Under the pieces are notes generated by a model that made no database searches, was not told the origin of the DNA, and saw only the letters and a program-made list of their open reading frames with translations. DNA of 64,000 bases from a virus. Below are positions 1 through 6,981 of this stretch, piece after piece. Within the stretch, counting starts at the first letter, position 1, and each line of letters begins with the position of its first letter. The stretch lies in the IMG/VR virus record IMGVR_UViG_3300032897_000001, positions 36,795 through 100,794 of that record; one strand, given 5' to 3'. Both the position numbers and the translations under genes were made by a program.

Positions 1-1
1 T

Positions 2-73
2 CTCGCAGAACGTGCTCAGCGGGCTGTTGTGGTTGACACTGAGCAGGCGCCCGACCAGTTGGAACTGTTCTAA
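2..73 (+). CDS. 3' end of a gene truncated by the window edge (...LAERAQRAVVVDTEQAPDQLELF*)
   Basis: Open frame from base 2 to TAA at 71-73, immediately followed by hammerhead 1. Confidence 0.5.
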   Translation, partial: LAERAQRAVVVDTEQAPDQLELF

Positions 74-75
74 AA

Positions 76-130
76 GGCCGAAACACGGGATATCCCGTGT
101 CGCACCGTAAGGCGGTGCCTGATGATGGCC
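76..130 (+). ncRNA. Type II hammerhead ribozyme 1, predicted cleavage after C101
   Basis: GGCC-GAAAC-[ACGGGA-TA-TCCCGT]-GTC-[GCACCG-TAAGG-CGGTGC]-CTGATGA-T-GGCC: complete core (CUGAUGA, GAAA, GUC) with stems I, II and III. Confidence 0.92.
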
Positions 131-149
131 AGAAAGAGGAGACAAACAA

Positions 150-371
150 ATGCGTGTATATTTTAACCCCGATGTGGTCGCGGCATATGGCGATATGGCC
201 GATACCCCTGAATTCAAAGTCGGTTTTATGGATTTCTATTTAGGAGTTCTCAACAATTCTGTGCCGGATCTTTTGCGGGATGAAAAATCCGCAATCGCTT
301 GGCGTTCTGGGTGGCATGCCGCACAAGCGTGCGCCGAAAGTTTTTTGAAAAATATTCAAAAAGACTGTTGA
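150..371 (+). CDS. Hypothetical early protein
   Basis: 73 aa ORF with GAGGAG RBS, directly after hammerhead 1. Confidence 0.7.
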   Translation: MRVYFNPDVVAAYGDMADTPEFKVGFMDFYLGVLNNSVPDLLRDEKSAIAWRSGWHAAQACAESFLKNIQKDC

Positions 372-395
372 CGTTTCCTGGGGAATGCTTATTAT
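340..395 (+). promoter_or_regulatory. Sigma70-type early promoter 1 with A/T-tract upstream element
   Basis: TTTTTTGAAAAATATTCAAAAA, TTGACG (368-373), 16 bp, TATTAT (390-395); homologous to the promoters at 873 and 3383. Confidence 0.75.
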
Positions 396-452
396 CAATC
401 TTGTCAGACGGGCCGGACAGACCGAGCCAGACCAGAAAGAGGGGAGACGGTT

Positions 453-809
453 ATGGGTTCCTATGAAATCATCCGCCACGAAATCAAGAATGTGAAGGCA
501 GCGAAAGCGGCGTTCGCCCGGCTGGAAGCCGCATACAAAATGGTTGATGCGGAATACGTCAACGATGAGTCTTGGCAGGAGTTCCACGGCGTTGAGTACA
601 AATTCGGCGGTTTGGCGTGGTGGAAGGCCCGTGTGCTGGCAATGACCATCAGGATTGAGTGGCAGGCTAGTACCCGCGTGTTCATCTCTCCCCCTTCCGA
701 GGAAAGCCGCAACAAGGACTCTTTTGAAGGTGGTCACCACGAAGTATACACCGATCGCAAGGCATTGGCTGCAGCGCAAATCAAGGTGGCCGCGTTGCTC
801 CGCGGCTAA
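453..809 (+). CDS. Hypothetical early protein
   Basis: 118 aa ORF with GAGGGGAG RBS. Confidence 0.8.
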   Translation: MGSYEIIRHEIKNVKAAKAAFARLEAAYKMVDAEYVNDESWQEFHGVEYKFGGLAWWKARVLAMTIRIEWQASTRVFISPPSEESRNKDSFEGGHHEVYTDRKALAAAQIKVAALLRG

Positions 810-815
810 CCCCAC

Positions 816-851
816 GGCGCCCATGGACTTTGTGGGCGCCAAAAGTTTTTT
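816..851 (+). terminator. Probable intrinsic terminator
   Basis: GGCGCCCAT/GTGGGCGCC hairpin followed by AAAAGTTTTTT, after the stop at 809. Confidence 0.55.
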
Positions 852-901
852 GAAGTTTTTTCAAAAAACTTATTGACCTTTCCTGGGGAATGCCCTAGAG
901 T
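845..901 (+). promoter_or_regulatory. Sigma70-type early promoter 2
   Basis: T6GAA..TTCA6 inverted A/T tract, TTGACC (873-878), 17 bp, TAGAGT (896-901). Confidence 0.8.
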
Positions 902-907
902 AGCTTT

Positions 908-1009
908 GTTGGTTGGAACGAAAGGCGGTGACACGGGCAGGTCCAATGGTAATCGGCAGAACTAGACTCCCTAACGTATGAACGGGAAAGAGTCTGTGAG
1001 AGGCGAAAA
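908..1009 (+). ncRNA. Structured leader RNA, copy A (family unknown)
   Basis: Near-identical to 3418-3519; stem AGACTC(964-969)/GAGTCT(990-995) is replaced by CAGTCC/GGACTG in copy B. Confidence 0.65.
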
Positions 1010-1065
1010 GGTCGAAACGGCAGAGACTCTGCCGTCGTGTCGTAAGGCGGCACCTGATGATGACC
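1010..1065 (+). ncRNA. Type II hammerhead ribozyme 2, predicted cleavage after C1036
   Basis: GGTC-GAAAC-[GGCAGAG-A-CTCTGCC]-GTC-[GTGTCG-TAAGG-CGGCAC]-CTGATGA-T-GACC; stem II covaries (GGTC/GACC). Confidence 0.92.
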
Positions 1066-1081
1066 AAAGGGAGTACCGATC

Positions 1082-1378
1082 ATGAAAAACGAAGCATTTG
1101 AAGCCGCTCTTGCAGCATTCTTGGTTGCCGCACAAGCTTTGTGCGATGCCAGCGGCTCTTACAGCTATACCAAACTGTCTATGCAATACGGGCGCCGTTA
1201 TGTCCGTATCGTCGCAGAACGCTCCGGACAACAGTCCGTATGGGGATTTGTGGACACCACAAACGGGAATGTGCTTAAGGCAGCCAGCTGGAAAGCACCC
1301 GCTACCAAATATGCACGCGGCTGCATTTATGACGAAAATCGGGGTTGTGGCCGGGCAAGGTGGATGGGTGTTGCTTAA
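1082..1378 (+). CDS. Conserved phage hypothetical protein flanked by hammerheads 2 and 3
   Basis: 98 aa, GGGAG RBS; the GFVD..G.VLKAASWKAPA motif recurs in phage proteins. Confidence 0.8.
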   Translation: MKNEAFEAALAAFLVAAQALCDASGSYSYTKLSMQYGRRYVRIVAERSGQQSVWGFVDTTNGNVLKAASWKAPATKYARGCIYDENRGCGRARWMGVA

Positions 1379-1382
1379 AGCA

Positions 1383-1438
1383 GGCCGAAACGGCGGAGAT
1401 TCCGCCGTCGCACCGTAAGGCGGTGCCTGATGATGGCC
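1383..1438 (+). ncRNA. Type II hammerhead ribozyme 3, predicted cleavage after C1409
   Basis: GGCC-GAAAC-[GGCGGA-GAT-TCCGCC]-GTC-[GCACCG-TAAGG-CGGTGC]-CTGATGA-T-GGCC. Confidence 0.92.
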
Positions 1439-1453
1439 AAAAGGAGAAAGACA

Positions 1454-1642
1454 ATGGCAGAATTTATCGTGTCAAAATACAAAATCGGCGACATCGTAAC
1501 TTTGAAAAGCGGCGAGGTGTTGCGCATTACCGCGATCCGCGATCGCGCCCACTACACCAAGGCCGCATATAGTGCGGTGGAAGTCCGTAAGGGTAAGCGT
1601 CCTGGTAAAGAACGTCTCTTCATTGAGGCGGACGCGTCATGA
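1454..1642 (+). CDS. Small hypothetical protein (MAEFIVSKYKIGDIVTLKSG..., SH3/KOW-like)
   Basis: AAGGAG RBS after hammerhead 3; ATG at 1454 chosen over 1430, which lies inside the ribozyme. Confidence 0.75.
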   Translation: MAEFIVSKYKIGDIVTLKSGEVLRITAIRDRAHYTKAAYSAVEVRKGKRPGKERLFIEADAS

Positions 1643-1679
1643 CGCGGCATAACGAAATTCAAAACGCTGGGGAACAAAA

Positions 1680-3311
1680 ATGACACAGACCAAAAGCCAG
1701 ATTGTTGCGGCGGATGTCGCCGCTTTGTTGCGGGCGCGGAACCCGCTGATTTGGATCGTTACCCGGGAAGAATCTCGGGTTGAAACCAACATTGTGCAGG
1801 CCGCGGCTGCAGCGGGATATGGTGCCTGCACATGGGATGTCGCACAAGGCGCACGCACTATCGACGGGGCACGGGTGCCGGGTAGTGATGGCACTGAGGA
1901 TGTCAGCGCCATGTTCGCGATGATAAAGGCACAATCCGAAAATGTGCAGCGTGCACAACGGTGCGTGTGGATCATGCGAGACTTGGCGCCATGGCTGCAA
2001 GGGCCAATCGGCATGGTCACGTTGCGACAGCTTCGGAACCTTGCCCGGGCACTGCCCGGGACCGGGCGGAGCACGTCACAGGCAATCGTCGTGTTGACGA
2101 CTTCCCCAAATGTCCCGGACGAATTGGAGGGACACGCGGTAGTGATCGAATGGCCCTTGCCCGATCGCGAGGAAATTGCGGCAATCCTTGACGCTGCAAT
2201 CACGGCACTGCCCGAAAACGATGAGAAAGGCGTGCCCGTTCGCGGTCCCGCAACACCAATCAATGGGGTTCGCGAGGCAGCAATTGATGCGGCGGTGGGG
2301 CTTTCCGGAGAGGAAGCCGCGGCGTGTTTTGCAAAATCCTTGGTACAGATCCGGAAGATCGACCCGCCGCTGATTACCAAGGAAAAGCGCCGCGTCATCT
2401 CCAAGGCAGGTGTTTTGGAGTGGTTCGAACCGCTTTCTGGCGGGTTGGGCGCTGTGGGTGGTCTCGACAATCTAAAAGATTGGCTGATTGCCCGGCGCGC
2501 CGCTTATTCGCCACGTGCGCGGGCTTATGGTCTGCCAGCGCCAAAAGGTGCACTCCTTGTTGGTGTCCCCGGGTGTGGTAAGTCGCTCACAGCAAAGGCT
2601 GTTGCAACAGCCTGGGGCGTGCCCTTACTTCGGATGGACCTGGGCGCATTGAAGAGTAAATATGTGGGCGAATCCGAAGGGAACCTTCGGAAAGCGTTCC
2701 AGATCATTGAAGCCATGGGGCGGTGCGTCGTGTGGCTGGATGAAATTGAAAAAGCCTTGGCAGGCGCAACGCAAGGCGCTGCAGATGGTGGCGTGTCATC
2801 GGATGCTTTGGGCGCCATTCTAGGGTGGATGCAAGATCGTAGCGGACAGGCGTTTGTCGTAGCTACTGCAAACGACATCTCTGCGCTGCCTCCGGAATTG
2901 CTCCGTAAGGGGCGATTTGATGAAGTGTGGTTCGTTGATTTGCCGAACCCTGATGAACGGGCAAGCATCCTGTCCGCCGCATTACGGGCACACGGTCGGG
3001 ACACCAAAACGCTTGTGTCCAAAGAACAGGATTCCGCTGCTGTAGTTGCAGCAACGGAAGGCTTTTCCGGAGCCGAAATTGCGGCACTGGTTCCGGACGC
3101 CATGTATACGGCATTCGGAGATGGGGAACGGGAAATTACCGTGGATGATCTGTGGTTTGCTGCAAGGCAGACTGTGCCGTCAACCCGGACATCAGCAGAG
3201 AAGATTGAGAAATTACGGGAATGGTCCCGCAGTGGTCGCGCAAGGCTTGCCACACGGACAGTTTCCAAGGCGGAGACTACACAAGGAACCGGGCGCAAAC
3301 TCGACATCTGA
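1680..3311 (+). CDS. AAA+ ATPase, Ycf46-like
   Basis: Walker A GVPGCGKS, Walker B VVWLDEIEK, LPPELLRKGRFDE; N-terminal LLRARNPLIWIVTREE typical of the Ycf46 family. Confidence 0.88.
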   Translation: MTQTKSQIVAADVAALLRARNPLIWIVTREESRVETNIVQAAAAAGYGACTWDVAQGARTIDGARVPGSDGTEDVSAMFAMIKAQSENVQRAQRCVWIMRDLAPWLQGPIGMVTLRQLRNLARALPGTGRSTSQAIVVLTTSPNVPDELEGHAVVIEWPLPDREEIAAILDAAITALPENDEKGVPVRGPATPINGVREAAIDAAVGLSGEEAAACFAKSLVQIRKIDPPLITKEKRRVISKAGVLEWFEPLSGGLGAVGGLDNLKDWLIARRAAYSPRARAYGLPAPKGALLVGVPGCGKSLTAKAVATAWGVPLLRMDLGALKSKYVGESEGNLRKAFQIIEAMGRCVVWLDEIEKALAGATQGAADGGVSSDALGAILGWMQDRSGQAFVVATANDISALPPELLRKGRFDEVWFVDLPNPDERASILSAALRAHGRDTKTLVSKEQDSAAVVAATEGFSGAEIAALVPDAMYTAFGDGEREITVDDLWFAARQTVPSTRTSAEKIEKLREWSRSGRARLATRTVSKAETTQGTGRKLDI

Positions 3312-3317
3312 TGCTGG

Positions 3318-3361
3318 TTAGCGAAGCTGTGGCGGGTGCTGACAGCTTCGCTAAGTTTTTT
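3318..3361 (+). terminator. Intrinsic terminator
   Basis: 13-bp stem TTAGCGAAGCTGT/ACAGCTTCGCTAA followed by GTTTTTT. Confidence 0.7.
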
Positions 3362-3411
3362 GAAAAATATTCAAAAAACTTGTTGACGTTTCCCGAGGGA
3401 ACCCTTAGGAT
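3355..3411 (+). promoter_or_regulatory. Sigma70-type early promoter 3
   Basis: TTTTTTGAAAAATATTCAAAAAA, TTGACG (3383-3388), 17 bp, TAGGAT (3406-3411). Confidence 0.82.
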
Positions 3412-3417
3412 AGCTTT

Positions 3418-3519
3418 ATTAGTTGGAACGAAAGGCGGTGACACGGGCAGGCCCAATGGTAATCGGCAGAACTCAGTCCCCTAACGTAGGAACGGGAAAG
3501 GACTGGTGAGAGGCGAAAA
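3418..3519 (+). ncRNA. Structured leader RNA, copy B
   Basis: Direct repeat of 908-1009 (offset 2510) with compensatory stem changes. Confidence 0.65.
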
Positions 3520-3574
3520 GGTCGAAACGGCGGGTTCCCGCCGTCGTGTCGTGAGGCGGCACCTGATGATGACC
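3520..3574 (+). ncRNA. Type II hammerhead ribozyme 4, predicted cleavage after C3545
   Basis: GGTC-GAAAC-[GGCGGG-TT-CCCGCC]-GTC-[GTGTCG-TGAGG-CGGCAC]-CTGATGA-T-GACC. Confidence 0.92.
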
Positions 3575-3591
3575 AAAGAGGAGCAAACACA

Positions 3592-3762
3592 ATGAATACC
3601 AAAATGAAGAAGTTCAGTGCCGTTGCCTTCAAGGGCGAAGATCGGTTCATGTTTTCGTTCGATTGGCCCAACTGGTATCGTATCGAAGAAGAGGCGCGGC
3701 GCGTGCTGGATGAGAAGGGTTTCCCGGATTGGGAGTTCCGTAGCATCGATATTCGCGCATAA
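3592..3762 (+). CDS. 56 aa hypothetical protein (MNTKMKKFSAVAFKGEDRFMFSFDWPNWYRIEEEARRVLDEKGFPDWEFRSIDIRA), absent from the ORF track
   Basis: GAGGAG RBS, ATG 3592, TAA 3760-3762; fills the space between hammerheads 4 and 5 exactly. Confidence 0.8.
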   Translation: MNTKMKKFSAVAFKGEDRFMFSFDWPNWYRIEEEARRVLDEKGFPDWEFRSIDIRA

Positions 3763-3763
3763 A

Positions 3764-3819
3764 GGCCGAAACGGCGGATATTCCGCCGTCGTGCCGTGAG
3801 GCGGCACCTGATGATGGCC
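3764..3819 (+). ncRNA. Type II hammerhead ribozyme 5, predicted cleavage after C3790
   Basis: GGCC-GAAAC-[GGCGGA-TAT-TCCGCC]-GTC-[GTGCCG-TGAGG-CGGCAC]-CTGATGA-T-GGCC. Confidence 0.92.
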
Positions 3820-3836
3820 GAAAGGAAAGAAAACAC

Positions 3837-4694
3837 ATGGCGATCCAAGCTTCAACGCTACGTCCGGGACTTTTGGTTTCCCTGCGGACCAGCATCCAGG
3901 GCAATGTCAAATATGACAAAATTGACCTGGAAGAAGACCACGTAACAGAAGACGGACAAAGGAAGGCACGTTGGGAGACGGTGCGAACCATTGAAGATCC
4001 GGAAGAACATGAACGCGCCCACAAGGCGCGGGACCGGGTAAAGCTGTTGGTCCGCAGTGCGTGCGTGTTCTCGGAATTCGGACTGCTTTGCCCGGATGGA
4101 AAGACAGGCGTCCTTGATGAACAAATCAAGGAAGCCCGGCGCGTGGCAGACGAGTTCAACGCCACATCCACTATAAGCAAGGTGCGGGTCTATGTGCTTG
4201 TTGGGCGTATCGCGCCCGATGATGCTGAGGCAGTGAAGGCGATTTCCAGTGAAATTCGGGAATTGCTCTCCACAATGGAGACTGGGATTTCAAACCTTGA
4301 TGTGAAGTCCGTGCGTGCGGCTGCAGATCGTGCCAAAAATCTTGGTACAATGCTTTCCCCGGACGCTCAGGAACGCGTTCTAGAAGCTGTGGAAGCGGCG
4401 CGGGCAGTTGCCCGTAAAATTGTGAAGGCTGGGGAACAGGCCGCACAGGAGATAGACAGGACAACGATTGCGCGGATTGCCGCCGCACGAACGATGTTCC
4501 TGGATATCGACACTGTGCCGACCGAAATCGGCACAGCAGAATCGGTTGGGCGTGCTGTTGATCTGGCTCCCGAGGTTCCCGAGGAAGTGCCGACACAGGA
4601 TCAAGTGAAACACGAATCCTCTGTGCTGGATTTGGAACCCGTTGCGGATATCGGTGCAACGGTTGCGCCGCAAACCCGTAACGTCGAATTTTGA
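3837..4694 (+). CDS. Hypothetical helical protein (possibly DUF3150-like)
   Basis: 285 aa, AGGA RBS after hammerhead 5. Confidence 0.75.
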   Translation: MAIQASTLRPGLLVSLRTSIQGNVKYDKIDLEEDHVTEDGQRKARWETVRTIEDPEEHERAHKARDRVKLLVRSACVFSEFGLLCPDGKTGVLDEQIKEARRVADEFNATSTISKVRVYVLVGRIAPDDAEAVKAISSEIRELLSTMETGISNLDVKSVRAAADRAKNLGTMLSPDAQERVLEAVEAARAVARKIVKAGEQAAQEIDRTTIARIAAARTMFLDIDTVPTEIGTAESVGRAVDLAPEVPEEVPTQDQVKHESSVLDLEPVADIGATVAPQTRNVEF

Positions 4695-4707
4695 GAGGAG
4701 AACAACA

Positions 4708-5052
4708 ATGCCTTGTGAAACCAAACTTGCGCCCGGGCAGACGATTTCCGGGAGAATCGCCGAAATCAAGGCGGCAGTTGAAAAGCTTTCGGCACTGTTA
4801 GCTGCCGACAAAGTCAAGGTGATAATTGGTCCGCAAGGATCGATTGCCTTTCAAGGCTGGGTTGAACCAGACCGCAATGGCGTATCGGACCTGTGCGCAT
4901 ATCGGCGCATTATGGCGAACGGATCTGTTCTGGCTCGACAAAAGATTGCTCGGGCAGAACAGCTTGCAGGGCGAACGGTTAATCGGCAGGCAGTCGCCCA
5001 GGGATGTCACAGTCATGACGGCGGTCACACGTGGCACGATCACAAGGGATAA
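4708..5052 (+). CDS. Hypothetical protein
   Basis: GAGGAG RBS before ATG 4708 (MPCETKL...). Confidence 0.75.
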   Translation: MPCETKLAPGQTISGRIAEIKAAVEKLSALLAADKVKVIIGPQGSIAFQGWVEPDRNGVSDLCAYRRIMANGSVLARQKIARAEQLAGRTVNRQAVAQGCHSHDGGHTWHDHKG

Positions 5053-5252
5053 AACTAGACCCGCAGTTACACGCCATTCTTGATGAATGGCGTGTGGCAT
5101 TCGAAATCGTCAACAAACGGTGTCACGCACAGATAAAAATAGACGGACGAGTCGTCCTTACAATACCTCGCAACGGGAAAATTCATCCCGTTGCGACACC
5201 AAACGCAAAAGCCGCATTGCGGCGGTTTCTCAGAAACAGGGAAGTGAAATGA
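5031..5252 (+). CDS. Small basic hypothetical protein
   Basis: 73 aa ORF that overlaps both neighbours in operon fashion. Confidence 0.5.
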   Translation: MARSQGIKLDPQLHAILDEWRVAFEIVNKRCHAQIKIDGRVVLTIPRNGKIHPVATPNAKAALRRFLRNREVK

Positions 5253-5764
5253 GCGATACGGGAATTTATCGACTCGGTGCCCGTCCAGCATTGCTTGGAG
5301 AGGTGCGAAATGCGTGGCTTGGCGCCATGTACGTTTGGAATGATGTAGCGATACGCCATCTCGGATTGCACGGATTCGGAATGGACCCTGCACAGCACAA
5401 GCGCATATGGAATGCGCACCACCATGTGAAAATGCCCGGGCATGAAATAATTGTGCTTTTAAGCACGATGGATTATGCTATCGCCCGGGCGAAAGATCGC
5501 AGGCAGGTGGTGGCGGCACTTGCCCGTTACGGGCAACAGCACCCGCGATCGAATCTAGGAACCCAGGCAAGGATTATCCGGGAAGCCTCCTTGGAAGATG
5601 GAGACTTCATTGCTTGGCTGGGGACATCTGCGGGTAATTATTGGTTTCTCTCCCGATCCGAAAATGAAGATCCGCCGCGGTTTTACGATCCGCGCCAAGA
5701 AACCAAGCACTTTGACATTGTCGCCGAAGCGCTAGCTTACAGCAAGGAGGAGTCAGCAACATGA
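5249..5764 (+). CDS. Hypothetical protein
   Basis: ATGA coupling with the upstream and downstream genes. Confidence 0.7.
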   Translation: MSDTGIYRLGARPALLGEVRNAWLGAMYVWNDVAIRHLGLHGFGMDPAQHKRIWNAHHHVKMPGHEIIVLLSTMDYAIARAKDRRQVVAALARYGQQHPRSNLGTQARIIREASLEDGDFIAWLGTSAGNYWFLSRSENEDPPRFYDPRQETKHFDIVAEALAYSKEESAT

Positions 5765-6144
5765 CTGTCTATATCTCGAATGCGTTTAGTCTCAACATGC
5801 TTGACGGTGTTAAGCAGACACAGAGCAGCAAGCCTTTTGTTGCTTTTCTCAACCAAATGAGAACGAAAATAACAACGGATGGTTCTGAGATAAGTGTCCC
5901 CTGGCTTCCTGATGCAGAAGGGGAAATCGTGTCCATTGTCGGACATGAACAGAGTGCGGCGATTTTCTCCGCTATCCTTGGTAAAGAAGTGAAATTCAAC
6001 CGTCAGACTATTGTGCTCTCCCCCGGAGATACCCTCATTGTTGGGCAGTACACGGGTCCGCGACTTCCCAAGGGTGCCACAACACTGCCCGAAGGCGCCT
6101 CCATTGTGTGGTGGCGCGTATGTGAATTATCCGTTAACGATTGA
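5761..6144 (+). CDS. acrIII-1: AcrIII-1 / DUF1874 (STIV B116, SIRV1 gp29, YddF family) viral cA4 ring nuclease
   Basis: Family motifs in order: YISNAFSLNML, S.VGH (catalytic His), FNR..I.L..GD.L.V.Q, PRLP.G. Confidence 0.85.
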   Translation: MTVYISNAFSLNMLDGVKQTQSSKPFVAFLNQMRTKITTDGSEISVPWLPDAEGEIVSIVGHEQSAAIFSAILGKEVKFNRQTIVLSPGDTLIVGQYTGPRLPKGATTLPEGASIVWWRVCELSVND

Positions 6145-6291
6145 CAGCGGTGTTGACAACAGCCCGGATATGGTCCCTGATTAGGGCACGTCTGAAAAGA
6201 CATGGCGCGATTCCTGCCGATTTACTGCCTGTGCAGTTGAAAGGTCCGATCGCGCCATGGAGAAGCGGGGCGGCGGGGAAACCAGTGGAGA

Positions 6292-6504
6292 ATGGTTATG
6301 CCCAACAAATCCCGAGAATGGACCAGCGGCCCGTGCAATGGCGTCGTGTACATCGCCACAAAGCCGCAGAGATTCCGGTTCCGTCTTATTTGGGGTTACC
6401 GAATAATCGGTAACCCCGACCCCTACACGGTCTATGCTGTTGAATGGCAGCATGTCCCCGACGCTGTGCGCCACGACGCACAGCGGCACTTTAGAATTGA
6501 ATAG
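6292..6504 (+). CDS. Hypothetical protein
   Basis: 70 aa ORF preceded by GGAG; competes with the overlapping ORF 6141-6413. Confidence 0.4.
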   Translation: MVMPNKSREWTSGPCNGVVYIATKPQRFRFRLIWGYRIIGNPDPYTVYAVEWQHVPDAVRHDAQRHFRIE

Positions 6505-6511
6505 GTGAACA

Positions 6512-6658
6512 GTGAGCAAAGAGCGGGAGTTATACCGCAGGGAGGCAGAAATGCTTTCCGCGGCCATCAAAGAAGCGGCGGACGCCCAACAAGCCCGAGA
6601 GGAGGCGCGCCGAGTTGAATTGGAGGCCGCCCGCCGCGCGGGCGCCGAACGGGAGTAA
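6512..6658 (+). CDS. 48 aa coiled-coil hypothetical protein (MSKERELYRREAEML...)
   Basis: GTG start after AGGTG, TAA 6656-6658; fills the intergenic gap. Confidence 0.5.
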   Translation: MSKERELYRREAEMLSAAIKEAADAQQAREEARRVELEAARRAGAERE

Positions 6659-6663
6659 AAGCA

Positions 6664-6981
6664 ATGAGCAAAGACGATGATCTTTGGGAGGATTGGGCAC
6701 AGATGTCTGATGCTGCCATTCAACGGGAGATGGACGAACTAGACAGGCAATTGGAGGCAGCACAAGCTGTCATTGACAAACTGCCTATATTAAATCAAGT
6801 CGCGCACTACCGCACGAACATTCTGCGGGATATTCTCAATAATCGGCGCCGCGCACATAGTAACGAATCTGCACTGAAAATGTTCAACGAACATTGGCGT
6901 AAATCTATCCGCCGCAACCAGATTCGCCTGCTCAAGTTACGGATTTGGCGGACAACTGGTGTTTATCCCGGTCAAGCTTGA
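6664..6981 (+). CDS. Hypothetical protein
   Basis: 105 aa, GGGAG RBS. Confidence 0.7.
   Translation: MSKDDDLWEDWAQMSDAAIQREMDELDRQLEAAQAVIDKLPILNQVAHYRTNILRDILNNRRRAHSNESALKMFNEHWRKSIRRNQIRLLKLRIWRTTGVYPGQA

Noticed and set aside
908-1009. Leader as a c-di-GMP-I riboswitch, twister ribozyme or leader peptide
   Set aside because: Only a superficial CACGGGCA resemblance; the required GNRA/receptor or pseudoknot elements are not evident; the small ORF is not conserved between copies
1637-3307. Long minus-strand ORFs (277 aa, 260 aa) opposite the AAA+ gene, and similar plus-strand shadow ORFs across the late operon
   Set aside because: Antisense shadows of real genes in GC-rich DNA; no RBS or recognisable motifs
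76-3819. Repeats read as a CRISPR array or as simple terminators/REP elements
   Set aside because: Spacing is irregular and contains whole genes, there is no U-tract, and the conserved positions match the hammerhead catalytic core while the stems covary
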